Part shown: positions 10,872 through 24,159 of the stretch, in pieces
Layout of the letters: every line of letters starts with the position of its first letter
Position numbering within the stretch: position 1 is the stretch's first letter
Assembly: GCF_001194135.2 (NCBI RefSeq)
Contig: NC_068986.1
Location: forward strand, 45,824,240-45,862,696
Length of the DNA: 38,457 nt
Direction of reading: 5' to 3'
Source of the DNA: Octopus bimaculoides
Taxonomy: Eukaryota
Made by a program: the position numbers and the translations under genes
Notes under the pieces: generated by a model
The model's database searches: none
The model's input: the letters and a program-made list of their open reading frames with translations, nothing else
What the model was told of the DNA's origin: nothing

Positions 10872-11034
10872 TATATACAAATACAAATGATTCCTTTCAG
10901 TTTCCATCTACCAAATCCACTCACAAGCCTTTGGCCGAACTTGAGACTATAACAGAAGACACTTGCCATAGGCGCTATGCTATGAGAGTGAACCCCCATG
11001 GCTGAGAAGTTTTTCACACCGCCATACCTGCACC
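10872..11034 (-). mobile_element. SINE family B 5' half (tRNA head plus central domain), diverged
   Basis: agtttccatctaccaaatccactcacaag...gaagacacttgcc, homologous to 11556-11723, 16860-17015 and 17280-17420. Confidence 0.7.
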
Positions 11035-11555
11035 AATCATAATTTAGCAATTTCATCATGGAAGCGACATTTCAGCAGTCTAAAAAAAACATAAAACTAT
11101 TCCAAGCACTTTTCATTGATTTCTTGAGATATCAAAAGTTTCATCGCGCAACTTCAACCTGGTCACCAAGACCATTCCACTGACACTGTATCAGGGACAA
11201 AGNNNNNNNNNNNNNNNNNNNNNNNNNNNNNNNNNNNNNNNNNNNNNNNNNNNNNNNNNNNNNNNNNNNNNNNNNNNNNNNNNNNNNNNNNNNNNNNNNN
11301 NNNNNNNNNNNNNNNNNNNNNNNNNNNNNNNNNNNNNNNNNNNNNNNNNNNNNNNNNNNNNNNNNNNNNNNNNNNNNNNNNNNNNNNNNNNNNNNNNNNN
11401 NNNNNNNNNNNNNNNNNNNNNNNNNNNNNNNNNNNNNNNNNNNNNNNNNNNNNNNNNNNNNNNNNNNNNNNNNNNNNNNNNNNNNNNNNNNNNNNNNNNN
11501 NNNNNNNNNNNNNNNNNNNNNNNNNNNNNNNNNNNNNNNNNNNNNNNNNNNNNNN

Positions 11556-11723
11556 TATATACAAATACAAATGATTCCTTTCAGTTTCCATCTACCAAAT
11601 CCACTCACAGGGCTTTGGTCGGCCTGAGGCTATAGTAGAAGACACTTGCCCAAGATGCCATGCATGAACCCGGAACCATGTGGTTGGTAAGCAAGCTACT
11701 TAGCACACAGCCACTCCTGCGCC
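11556..11723 (-). mobile_element. SINE family B 5' half (tRNA head plus central domain)
   Basis: Sense strand: ggcgcaggagtggctgtgtgctaagtagcttgc (A-box-like), ggttccgggttca (B-box-like), cttgggcaagtgtcttctactatagcc (resembles the CCTTGGGCAAG motif of conserved SINE central domains). Confidence 0.8.
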
Positions 11724-13106
11724 TATAACTTTTCTCAAATGCTCTCAATTCTGGAGTATCTTTTCTGCTGCTTTTTCAGCTCTACCTCAGTATCCCACTT
11801 CCAGCTATTTTGGTGGGGCATTTTCTCTTCTGCTTCCCTTGTGGATTTATATTTTTTTCCTGAGTGAACGCCTTCCTTTCCCAGGTCTTGTTGGTTTTGA
11901 AATGTCATTGATGCTTCAGTAACTTTGTCTTTTTTTCTAGGCAGCAGTGTTGTCCCTGTGTAAACCTCTTTTAACCTTCAGAAAGAGGCAGCCTTTATTA
12001 ATCTGGCCTCTGTTCTTTCACCTGCCCAGCATGAGAAACCCTATCAGGAGTTTCCACTCCTATGGAAAGAACCCCTTTATATGTGCATGTGTGCGTGTGT
12101 GTGTGTGTGTGTGTGTCCATTTGTTTTGAGATTATGTGATAGTTGTAAAGAGAGGATGAGATTCAAAATTTTTTTCTTCTTCAAGAATCAAGATTATCTT
12201 CCTTGTAGCTGGCCCTTCAGTGAGATAGCTCATGGCAAAAGCACTTGACTTTTGATGATCCCATTCACCTAATTGCATGCAGGGACCACAGAATGGTTTA
12301 GTTCACTAATATATGCTGGCATAGTTCTCAGGGTCACTGCAACAAAGACTGGACCATGCATGTTCAAAACTTCCAAGACCACAAAAAAAAAAAAAAAAAA
12401 TTGTGTGTTGCTAGAGGGTTAAAATGGCTGCTGCACCATATATTTGCTTCAGTTTCAACACAGAATCTCAAATAAAATCACTTGTTAGACAAGTACAACT
12501 TCAAAATATGAAAATTTAGTTTACTTACTTCAATTTGTTCTTTGATTATGCCAAAGAATTAAAAGAATGAAGTTGACTTTAGCATATTTAAAAATAAAAG
12601 CAATAGAGAGAACTAACTTAAATACCGTTATTACATTTAACCTTACACTAACATTTTTCATTAACTCTGAAAATATTAAGGATCTTAATACTGAATGCTT
12701 AGAGTGGTGGACAGTTTTTATATCAACTTTATTCAGTATGCTATAGATTCATTCAGTTTCTTGAGGCAGTTGTTGTGGCAACATAGATTACTGTAAGTAT
12801 TAATCTTCAGAGTAAACAACAACTGCCACCACCGCCGCCGCTGCTGCTGCTGCAGCTGCCACTACCTTCACCATTGCAGTCACTGTTGTTAATATCCTGT
12901 TGTCCTTCTCCTTTGTGTCCTTGTCATCATTGCAGTTGTCCACCTCCACCACCACCACCAATGCCACTTCCTCCACCTTCATTTGCTTTTCCATGCTGGT
13001 ATGTATTGGATAAATCTTGGTTCAGCTAGCCAGCCATGGGTATGGAGTCCTCAGTTGCGTCATCCATCATTACACTTTCTGGTCAGATTCCCAGACCAAT
13101 TGAAAC

Positions 13107-13308
13107 TGAATATTATCCAACCATCTCATTTATGATCTACCCTTAAATTTCCTGCTGGTTGGCTTAGCTTGACAAATCTATCTTGTACATCTTTTCTGTG
13201 ATATTCTAATCACATGTCTATAGTACTGGAGATGTGACTTCTCAATGTAAAGCAGTAGTGGCTCATCCCAGAGAGACTCTCTAATCGCTGAGCTATTCAC
13301 CCGCTCTC
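13107..13308 (-). mobile_element. Old RTE-clade LINE C-terminal fragment
   Basis: ERVNSSAIRESLWDEPLLLYIEKSHLQYYRHVIRI...GRS*MRWLDNIQ is a degenerate form of LRW.GHV.R...RGRP..RW.D. Confidence 0.6.
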
Positions 13309-13320
13309 ATTTATATTCTA

Positions 13321-16216
13321 TCTATACTATCTATACTATAAAAGGCAAATCTACTCTGTGTGTGTGTATGTTTAAAATTCATACATTTACACAATTCAAA
13401 ATTTCTTCGATTAAACAATCGCAATTAATATTCTAAATACAATAAGTTAGGTCACTACGTCATTTTTTCACTCCAAAAATTTCCTGATAATGAATAAAAT
13501 CCGTAAAACTACAGGAGTAAACATTTTCTCCCTAATAAAATCTAATTTCCTCTTTCTAATACAAATCCTTTCAACTCTTACTTCCTCTTATGTCCTACTT
13601 TCTCTTATGTCCTACTTTCTCTTATGAACCTTTACAAAAATACAACAACAACAAATACAAAAAGAAAGGAAGGAGAAAAAGAAAACTATCAAAACTGAAA
13701 CAATCACATTTCGATACTGTAATGACAGATACATACAAAATTACTTTGCCCCTCTAAAATTAACGATTTCTATTCCTCTTACACATCGTTTCAANNNNNN
13801 NNNNNNNNNNNNNNNNNNNNNNNNNNNNNNNNNNNNNNNNNNNNNNNNNNNNNNNNNNNNNNNNNNNNNNNNNNNNNNNNNNNNNNNNNNNNNNNNNNNN
13901 NNNNNNNNNNNNNNNNNNNNNNNNNNNNNNNNNNNNNNNNNNNNNNNNNNNNNNNNNNNNNNNNNNNNNNNNNNNNNNNNNNNNNNNNNNNNNNNNNNNN
14001 NNNNNNNNNNNNNNNNNNNNNNNNNNNNNNNNNNNNNNNNNNNNNNNNNNNNNNNNNNNNNNNNNNNNNNNNNNNNNNNNNNNNNNNNNNNNNNNNNNNN
14101 NNNNNNNNNNNNNNNNNNNNNNNGAAGAGTGTACACTGTGCCTCCCAACCAGCATGAGTGTTTTCACCTTCGCCTTCTCCTTCATGACGTTGTCGGCCCA
14201 CAAAGCTTTCAAGACATAAGAACTGTTGATGGTGAATTATGTGACACTTTCCGCGAAGCCTGCTTCAGGCGTGGACTTTTGGAGGACGATTCACAATGGG
14301 CCGCCACTATGGCGGAGGGCGTTTTGTTAAAATCCCCTAAAAGACTAAGATCGCTTTTCGCTATTCTACTCCTATGGTGCGACTTGGGTGATCCTGCCTC
14401 TTTATGGCTGACCTACAAAAATTACATGTCTGAAGATTTCCTGCATCAGGTTCACTTGCTAAATCCATCAATCGACGTCGACTACAGTGACCTCATTTAC
14501 AACAGAGTACTGCTTGAAATTGAAGATACTGTTCTCAATATGGGCGGGAGTCCGTTGCCAGTGTATGGCCAACTTTCAACAAACCGGGAACGCCCAAACA
14601 CACTGTCTTCCGATTTGCTGCGTGAGACATGTTATAATGTTGACGAACTTGCCCTGTACATAGCGAACGATGAGCCAAAGCTCCTTCCAGAACAGAAGTT
14701 CGCTTACAACTCCGTTATTAATTCTGTCCGGGACAAAGCTGGGGGGATTTTCTTCCTCGACGCTCCTGCAGGAACTGGCAAAACTTTTCTCACAAAATTA
14801 ATATTGGCTGAGATTAGGCGAACACAAGGCATTGCCTTAGCTGTGGCATCATCTGNNNNNNNNNNNNNNNNNNNNNNNNNNNNNNNNNNNNNNNNNNNNN
14901 NNNNNNNNNNNNNNNNNNNNNNNNNNNNNNNNNNNNNNNNNNNNNNNNNNNNNNNNNNNNNNNNNNNNNNNNNNNNNNNNNNNNNNNNNNNNNNNNNNNN
15001 NNNNNNNNNNNNNNNNNNNNNNNNNNNNNNNNNNNNNNNNNNNNNNNNNNNNNNNNNNNNNNNNNNNNNNNNNNNNNNNNNNNNNNNNNNNNNNNNNNNN
15101 NNNNNNNNNNNNNNNNNNNNNNNNNNNNNNNNNNNNNNNNNNNNNNNNNNNNNNNNNNNNNNNNNNNNNNNNNNNNNNNNNNNNNNNNNNNNNNNNNNNN
15201 NNNNNNNNNNNNNNNNNNNNNNNNNNNNNNNNNNNNNNNNNNNNNNNNNNNNNNNNNNNNNNNNNNNNNNNNNNNNNNNNNNNNNNNNNNNNNNNNNNNN
15301 NNNNNNNNNNNNNNNNNNNNNNNNNNNNNNNNNNNNNNNNNNNNNNNNNNNNNNNNNNNNNNNNNNNNNNNNNNNNNNNNNNNNNNNNNNNNNNNNNNNN
15401 NNNNNNNNNNNNNNNNNNNNNNNNNNNNNNNNNNNNNNNNNNNNNNNNNNNNNNNNNNNNNNNNNNNNNNNNNNNNNNNNNNNNNNNNNNNNNNNNNNNN
15501 NNNNNNNNNNNNNNNNNNNNNNNNNNNNNNNNNNNNNNNNNNNNNNNNNNTGGATTGGATTGGCCAAAGGGCTATTCTAGCCCCGAAGAATACAACTGTT
15601 AACCATATTAATGATCAAATGCTAAAAATCATTCCTGGAGATGACTATATATATATATAAGTCTATTGATACAACTCCTGACCCTGAGGACGTCATCAAC
15701 TATCCAATAGAAGTACTAAATTCCCTTCAGCCCCCTGGACTACCTCCACACATTCTCAAACTTAAAGTTGGTGCCCCTATAATGCTCATTCGAAATTTGG
15801 TTCCGCCTAAACAATGCAACGGCACACGTTTAATCGTTAAGTCCTTATCTCCTAATCTGATTGAGGCCACAATAATCACAGGGTGTGGTCGAGGCAACGT
15901 TGTCCTCATACCCAGAATGCATCTTTTTCCATCAGCAGCAGACCTACCTTTCACATTTCGGAGGTCTCAGTTCCCAGTGAGGCCATGCTTCGCAATGTCA
16001 ATTAACAAAGCACAGGGGCAAACACTGTCTGTCGCAGGAATGCATTTAAGGGAGCCGTGTTTCTCTCATGGTCAGCTTTACGTTGGCTGCTCGCGTGTGG
16101 GCAGCAAGAATGATTCTTTTGCGTTCCTTCCACAAGGAAAAACAAAAAACATAGTACAATCATCAACAGTACTTTAAAACAATTAAGCCCCGAGCAACGC
16201 CAGGCACTTCTGCTAG
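13321..16216 (+). mobile_element. Helitron with both termini, internally deleted or gapped
   Basis: 5' end A|TCTATACTA...; 3' end is a GC-rich hairpin remnant gccccgagcaacgccaggc (16187-16205) then CTAG|T (16213-16217). Insertion between A and T is canonical. Contains a Rep-helicase remnant. Confidence 0.88.
14124..16177 (+). pseudogene. Helitron Rep/PIF1-like helicase, C-terminal portion, frameshifted
   Basis: ECFHLRLLLHDVVGPQSFQDIRTVDG..FREAC..GLLEDD linker, Walker A FLDAPAGTGKTF, RAILAPKN, LKLKVGAPIMLIRNL...CNGTRL, QFPVRPCFAMSINKAQGQTL, FSHGQLYVGCSRV. Frameshift at about 15640-15660. Confidence 0.9.
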
Positions 16217-16519
16217 TATCTGATAAAAGAGCCAGTTCTTTATGTACTGGTTTCAAATCAACTTTGCCTTCCATCCCTCTGAGGTGGATAAAATAAATTA
16301 CTAGTCAAGTACTGGGTGTCATGGTACTGACTAACCTATCTACCCATGAAAATTGCTGGCCTGGTGCTTGAATCAAAAACCATATCTAATAAAATATAAA
16401 TTTCCAATCCTTCTTATTTATAGTGTTTATTTTCACTTCACATTTATAATTTCCTTAAATTCCAAATTCATTTGAAAGGGTGTTTTTGTTTATTTATCTC
16501 TTATATTTATTGTATCATT

Positions 16520-16732
16520 TATCTTTTACTTGTTTCAGTCATTAGACTTTTGCTATGCAAGATTTAGTCAAAATAAATCAACCACTCAACTTACGTTTTT
16601 TTTTTTTTTTTTTTAAAGTCTGGAACTTATTTTACCAGTCTCAGTTGCTGAAGTGCTAAGTTACTAGGACATAAACAAACTAATAATGGTTACTGGACAA
16701 ACCCAAAGTCATGAAACACACAAGCACACATA

Positions 16733-16789
<57 letters not shown>

Positions 16790-17015
16790 ATGTATATATG
16801 TATGTGTGTATGTACACACACACACACATATTTCTGTATATATATGTGTGTATATATATACAGAAGGCTTTCACACAATTTCCATTTAAAAGATTAATTC
16901 TCAAGGCATTGGTCAGTCTGGAACAATAGTAGAAGACAATTGCCCAAGGTGCCACATAGTGAGACTGAACCCAAGAGCATGTGGTGCAAAGTAAACTTCT
17001 TAACCATGCACCCAT
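16520..17015 (-). mobile_element. Composite SINE family B, full architecture: head, central domain, internal (TA)/(CA) microsatellite, 3' body and tail
   Basis: 16860-17015 matches 11556-11723; 16520-16700 matches 7545-7744; a TA/CA tract at 16730-16860 lies between them. Confidence 0.65.
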
Positions 17016-17044
17016 GCTAGTTTAACTTTTCTAATACACACTTA

Positions 17045-17420
17045 TTTTGTTTGTTCCAGTCATTAAGCTGCAGCTACACCCCATGAAGGGTTTAGTCAAA
17101 CAAATTGACCCCGATACTTACTTACCTTTAAGTTTGGCACTTATTGTGATGGTCACTTTTTGGCCAACTACTAAGTTATATGGCTGTAAACAAACCAACA
17201 TTGTTGTCAGAAAGTGGAGAGACAAACTAAAAGATTTTATATATGTATGTATGTGTGTATTTATGTATATATACATACAATGGACTTCCTCACAGTTTCC
17301 ATCTACCAAATTTGCTCACAAGACATATTCAACCCAGGGCTGGAGCAGATGCCACTTTCCCAAGGTGCTGTAGAATGGGACTGAACCTAAAACCATATGG
17401 TTGTGAGGTAAACTTCAAAA
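17045..17420 (-). mobile_element. Composite SINE family B, second adjacent diverged copy
   Basis: ccagtcatta...tttagtcaaacaaattgacccc (tail and core), a TA/TG tract at about 17238-17280, then cagtttccatctaccaaat...cccaaggtgc...gggactgaacc (head). Confidence 0.6.
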
Positions 17421-18969
17421 CCATTATTTTTATTTTATTTTATCTTATTTTTTGCTGGATGATTATCCATTTTAGGGTAGCTTGTAAAATAACCATCTTC
17501 TAACTTCTTTAGCCCAATCTGTACATATTTCTTAGAACAATAACAAAAAGTTCTGCTTTACAACAAAATGAAAAAAAAAAAAAATGGACAGGGAGATATA
17601 AGAAAAATGTAAAACGCAAGAACTTTATATGTAAGATACTTTATTTTTTCAAATTCTCAATTACAATTTTCTTATAAGTTCTGGCAACAATTTTTTTTAT
17701 TTTCGAGATAAAACATAAGAGATATTTTTACAAGAAAAAAAATCTTAATACCATAAGCCACAATTTACACAAGGTTTTTTCTTTGTATTCCTGTTTTATC
17801 ATCTTTGATTTCTATTGTTCTGAGATTATATTTGTTGCCAGCTATTGGCAACAGATGGGTTTATAGGTACCTCATTAAATTTACTTTCTATTTGAAATTG
17901 ACAACTTGGAAGGTGATGTCTAATGCAGGGGAAGATAACTACATGCCGGCTTCAGTTGGAATGGCTAAGAACATTTATAAAGGTGTTTAGGCAAGTTTTT
18001 TTTTCTTTTCCTTTTTGTTATTGTTGATTTTTCCACAAGAGTGGAAACAATTGTAGTAATCAGTGCTGAGTTGTAAATTGGGTCTGACACTAATTAGCAA
18101 ATTAGGTGGACAAAGTGATAAAATATTCTAAGTAAACACAAAAGTGATATATGAGCCAAGTGGAAATACAATTGCAGACATTAACTTCCATTGAAATAAA
18201 AAACCAAAAATAAATAAAGATCAAGAGATTTTAAAAAGGTAACTGTGGTGAGTAAAAATATATTTCCTTGGAATATAAATCGAAAATAGTTCATTGGAAC
18301 TGAAATAATCAATTGGGGGGACGTGGAACAGTAATGCAGACAGGTTGTAAAAGTTCTATTTGTTAAAATAAGGCTATTCATGTGTAAGCAACATGTATTA
18401 GGGGAGGAGAACAGAAAAAAAAACAGCAATAAACAAACCAAAAAACACAAAAACAAAATTAAACAATGAAAAACACACAAAACAGAGATGGGAAGGGTGG
18501 GAGAAATTACTTTAGAAAAAGAAGAGGTTTACTTTTAATTTTCATTTTAATTACGACTGTAAGGATTTTTGGAAGAATATTAGTGATTTTTAGAATAGTT
18601 GTTATTATATAACTAAACCTCTAAAGCAAGAAATAGATGTTCTTTTTCCTATAAAGGTTTGATTAAATATGCTTAGATTCATGAATGAAAGTTAAGAAAG
18701 ATGGTTGGAAGTAACAACTAAAAGTGTTTGAAGCCTTAGTTATATAAAGAGTGTATAAAATTAAATACAACTGACTTTCCACAAATCCCGTTCAATTTTT
18801 GTCTTTTTTTTTCTTTTTGTTTGTTTGTATTTATACATTCAACATAGAAAAATACATATACCTTAGTGAAAAATTTTCCTTCCAGATGTACACAAATCAA
18901 TTGCAATGTTATTTTTGTATTTTAATAACAGTTTTCTTTTTTTTGGTCAATAGAATTTTGGTGAAAGGT

Positions 18970-19084
18970 AAAATATGAATAGTTTTTTTTTATTATATAA
19001 GAATTGTATAAGCTCAAAGCATTCATACATACATACATAATACATACGTGTGTATATGTGTGTGTGCGTGTGTGTGTATATATA

Positions 19085-19115
<31 letters not shown>

Positions 19116-19122
19116 CTGTATG

Positions 19123-19154
<32 letters not shown>

Positions 19155-19560
19155 CATGCATACATACACACACACACACACACTAATGCAGGCATACATA
19201 AGCACACCTAAACACACTTACACACACATATATCCTCATGTATTGAGTCTATTTCCCTTGTTCATTCTACCAAACTTACATACATATATACGTACATGCA
19301 TACGTACATACATACATATGGATGTATGCATAAAAATATTTATGTATATTGTATACACGTACACACACACACATAAATATACATATATGTATTTATATGT
19401 ACATGTACATACAGATATACATACACATAAATATACACATACATATGCATATATATATATATGTATGCATGTACATATACATACATACATTCATACATAC
19501 ATACAAGCACACACCATACAAACATGCACATGCATATGTGTATATACAACTGATATAGCC
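18970..19560. repeat. Compound microsatellite field (TA, CA, TACA)
   Basis: Directly visible. Similar fields at about 21530-21660, 21760-21910, 22050-22290, 24050-24230, 24830-25190, 27660-27750, 28545-28590 and 38070-38180. Confidence 0.95.
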
Positions 19561-21842
19561 TATGTTTATCTTAATACTAATATCTTTTTATTCCTCTGAA
19601 AAATGTTATTGTGTTGTAGATTTTTTTTCTTTTTCTGTTTTCTGTGGTGGTTGTACTGGGGAAAAATTTCTCTGGCTTATGATACAGAAATTAACACGAA
19701 ATATAATTGAAAAACAAAAGGGAAAGAAAATAAATCATCCATTATTGATGGCTAAGATAGCATAAAACAGTTTTTAGGTGATAATAATGAATTCAGATGA
19801 GTACATCATAGAAGAACCAGTTAATAACACAAAAAGCTGGTATATTTGCTTAAAATTTAAATTCATTTTATAAGCTGACAAAATTTTTATTGTACTACTT
19901 CGACATAGTCACTGACACAGTTGTATGATGAAAATGTTGACACCTCTTGAAATGAATTTATATGTTATTACATGGTTCTTCTGCAATGTAGTTGCTTTAG
20001 TTTGAATCATTTTCTAGACAAGTAAAACTCCAAAATTGAATTCAGGGTTATTTTTTAAATGAAGCAAATATTTCTCTCATGTGATCTGTGTAATAAAAAG
20101 TGCTACAACTGATTCTTTTTCACAATAATAATTATGGAAAAAAACAAAGCAGTAAGAACTATTACATTTACATGGAAATTACATTCATTTAATAGCCTCG
20201 ATTTAATATTACATACAACAAATACAAAATTAATGAATTAAATATTCTGAAATTTAACCGTATCTCTATGTTTTCATTTTATTATATGTTTCAATGTATC
20301 TAATTTCCAAATCATTTGTGTTAGAAAATTTGAGTTTACACCTAGTCAAAGGATGTGTATGTAAGTTGGGAAAAGGCACCTGAAAATGACTAGAAATGCA
20401 TGGATGTAAACAATAAAGCTAATTATCACAATACTTAATCTGCAAAATTTAGACTTATACATTCAGAATTATTTACTTGAAGTTGATATCCTGTTAATGA
20501 TTTTAGATTCTGCCCAGTCATATATAATGTAGGTATGTAGAGCTAAATACTAAGATTATCTAAATCTTCTATCAATATAAACAATTAAACGAACTTATAT
20601 TTCAAAGCAATTTTACAATAACAAAACAACATTCTATTAGATACACCTTAAAACTCAATTTATTCTCTATCAAAGAATATGATTTTTAATCTTATGACTG
20701 AAAGATATCTGTCTAAGATATTACAATCCATTCTATGTTTTATTTATTTACTTTAAATATGTTAGTGCTAAAATTTTTAATACATGAAAACACTAAAATG
20801 TGAATTAGAATTAAATATGCAGCAAAGAGAAAAATGATATTAGCTAATGACTAATATTACTTCCATTTTCCTTCTGCATGTATGAGAGACAACTCTGCAC
20901 ATGTTTCAACATTTTCAGCCTCATCAGCAAGGCATAGCTTTTAATATACTCGCTGAAACATTTGGTAAGTTTCAAAGCTAAAACAATGTTTATTAAAACA
21001 CATTTGATTAACAATGAAGTTAAAATTAGAAAGATTGTTATTGGTTAAAAATGATCTTATGCGAAGCAGATTTCTATGATTATATGATTAATTGTAATTG
21101 CTTCCAGAATGAACATTAACATTGCAAAATATTTCAGTGAGACTATCAATACATTTGATTGAGAAATAAACTAAACTGTTAACTAAATAAGATAACTACT
21201 GACTTAGTGATATATTTAATCATTTACACAGTTAAACACATTAAACATTTAAAAGCACTGTTTTAACCTATCTTTTAGTACATCTTATAATGACAATATA
21301 ACAAATATTTTGTAATCTAAGAAACTATCAAACAATTACACTTTTATATTCCTCTGATGGTGCTGTGGATGTATACATATATAAATATCATAATGTAGAG
21401 CCAACTAAACAAACAAACACACTAAAATTTCTTCAAATTTGATTCTAGTTTCTCCTTTTACACAACCATTTCAGTAATCATTTGTACCATTATGTTAACA
21501 GTTTATCTAAAGTATGCATAAATGTATATAACACACACACACACACACACACATGCATGTGAATGAGAAAATGTGTATATGCATATATCTTCATATATAT
21601 ATTTATATATACATATATATATATCATAACACACCTACCTATACATATATATGTATATGAAATGAGAAATGTGGAAAGATTCTAACAATGCAGTAAGTTT
21701 TTAAAAATTTATTAATTCAGCACAAAGGCCATGCTCAAGATGGTGTATTTTAAAGTATATATATGCATATATATATATTTATATATGNNNNNNNNNNNNN
21801 NNNNNNNNNNNNNNNNNNNNNNNNNNNNNNNNNNNNNNNNNN

Positions 21843-21879
<37 letters not shown>

Positions 21880-22244
21880 GTATGTATATGCATATATATA
21901 TATATATATAAATGTGCAAGTGTACATAAGCATGTAGTCAAATGTCTACTTACTGTGGGTATCTGTCCCATCAGACAGATGTGCATCTCTATTCATACCT
22001 ATGAACTCCAAGTAATATCCATAGAAGTCACCAGCTTCTGTTCTACAGAGATATGTATATATATATCAAAATCATATGTATGCATACATATATACATACT
22101 CACACACACATATATATATATTAAATGTATATACATGCAGACACACATATTGCAGAGGACTTATCAAACTTTTATAAGCATATATATGTGTGTGTGTCTG
22201 CGTATGTGTTTGTGAGTATTATTTTCATATATATGATACATTGC

Positions 22245-22290
<46 letters not shown>

Positions 22291-22689
22291 GTCAGTAGTT
22301 GGTACCTTTTATGGACATTACTCAGAATTTATAGGCAAAAGGGTATGTGTTTTGTTGTAGTGGGGATGGGTTTATGCATACATGTCTGATGGACTAGATG
22401 TCTACAACAACTGATTGAATACATGCTTATCTGGTCTTGTGGTGATGCAGTTCTAACCAATGACTGTATAAGTCAATAACAACTCATTTACAAATATAGA
22501 CTCCTACATAATGAATTGAGGGCCCTTTACTTTCATTTTCCAGTCATAGGGAAATATTGCTTTGCTTGAAAACAAGAAAGGATCTGGTTGTAGAAAATCT
22601 GCCTCAATGAACTCCACTTGACCCAGGCAAGCATAGGAAAGTGGACATTAAGACAATGATGTGAGGAAGGTGATTACACACACACACAA

Positions 22690-23526
22690 ACGAGTTCTGA
22701 TCAATAGGTATCCATGGTGCTATAAAAACAAATTTGGCATTTAATCTCCTTCAAAATAGTCCCCTTTGGAAGCCATATACTTATTAATCCAGTGCTATTT
22801 TCATTGATGGAAGCATTCCTGGAGCTCACTTTCTGGCTCATCGCATACACTTTGGTTTCCTCAACATCACATCCTGAAATCTTCTTCCATTGAAGCAGGA
22901 TTTGATTTTTGGAAAGTTGGAAGGGGTGAGATCTGAGGAATGCAGTGGCTGTCAGACCTGAGGAAGGCGGTGACTAGCCAAAAAACTGCTGCAGAAGCTG
23001 CGCTGAATGGACAGGTATGTTGTCAGCTGAAAGTAGTTTTGGCACAAACTTGGCAGACACATATCTCATATCCAAATCTTCAGTGATAATGAACTAAATT
23101 GAACTGTAACTAATCTGCACATCCTCTGATAACTCACGGATGGTGATTCAATGATTTCCCATCACAGCTGCATGCACATCTGCAATGTTTTTTCAGTTCT
23201 GTTGGTTGCAGGTCTCCCAGAACATTTGTCACTATTGACATTTTTTCGGCTCATATACTTACTCCTATCTATACACTTTCTGAAACTTTGTGTAGGCCTC
23301 ACAAAGTTAGGAATCACCAAGCTTTTGGCAAAATTTGATGCAGATTCATGCTCAATATGACAATCACACACTACACACGTTCCTTGCATGCATTGCAGTA
23401 AACAATGGAAGTGAACTAGAATGTTAAAACTTAGTGCACATGCACAGTAGAGTTCGAGGTGTCAATCTGTGCCAAGCAGCTTCATTACTATGGCAACAGT
23501 CCAGATATTTATTGATCAAACCACAT
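22690..23526 (-). mobile_element. Internally deleted Tc1/mariner element (about 840 bp)
   Basis: Degenerate TIRs acgagttctgatcaataggtatcc and ccagatatttattgatcaaaccacat. The minus strand encodes HTH-region remnants NSDKCSGRPATNRTE... and a D..MR..SAKFVPKLL-like segment. Confidence 0.75.
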
Positions 23527-23904
23527 ATATATACACGCGCACACACACACACATATATATATATATATGCACAGCTACAGACAAATACATACACTTAAAC
23601 TGATATATGTTGATGAATCAAGATATAATGTGCTATGTATTACTTCTCATATAGATGAAAGAAATGACTTCTGCATTAGATAAGAATATAGGTGTATATT
23701 GAAGGAAAACTAATTTAAATAATTTTCTCTCATCATGATAACACTTTAGGTTGTGGACTTCATGTTTATAATGTATCAACCATAAATTATTGTCATTTTC
23801 TGCTTTGTGAATTGTGAAAGAGGCATTCTTAGATTAACTTCTTAAAGACAACTATCAAACATAATTTCCTATTATTGAGATAGCTTTAAAGCATATGTGC
23901 ATGC

Positions 23905-24112
23905 ATAGATATGTGGTAAAAAGTTTGCTTTTCAACCACATGTTTATGGGTTCAGTCCCACTACATGGCAGCTTGGACAAGTACCTTGTTTGTAATCCTG
24001 AGCCAACTTATGCCTCATGAGTAAATGTAATACATGGAAACTGTGCTAAACTTGTGTGTACATATATATATATATATATATATTATATTCACATACACAC
24101 ATATACACACAC

Positions 24113-24159
<47 letters not shown>

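Noticed and set aside
11556-11609. 54-bp exact duplicate of 10872-10925
   Set aside because: It starts exactly at a gap edge and identity ends abruptly, so a gap-filling or assembly artefact is more likely than a real duplication. Long reads would settle it.
12800-12994. Ala/Val-rich ORF
   Set aside because: Derived from (GCT)n and (CAC)n simple repeats, with no splice or domain support.
17909-17990. Short plus-strand frame MSNAGEDNYMPASVGMAKNIYKGV
   Set aside because: Weak splice signals, no recognisable homology, and too short to support.
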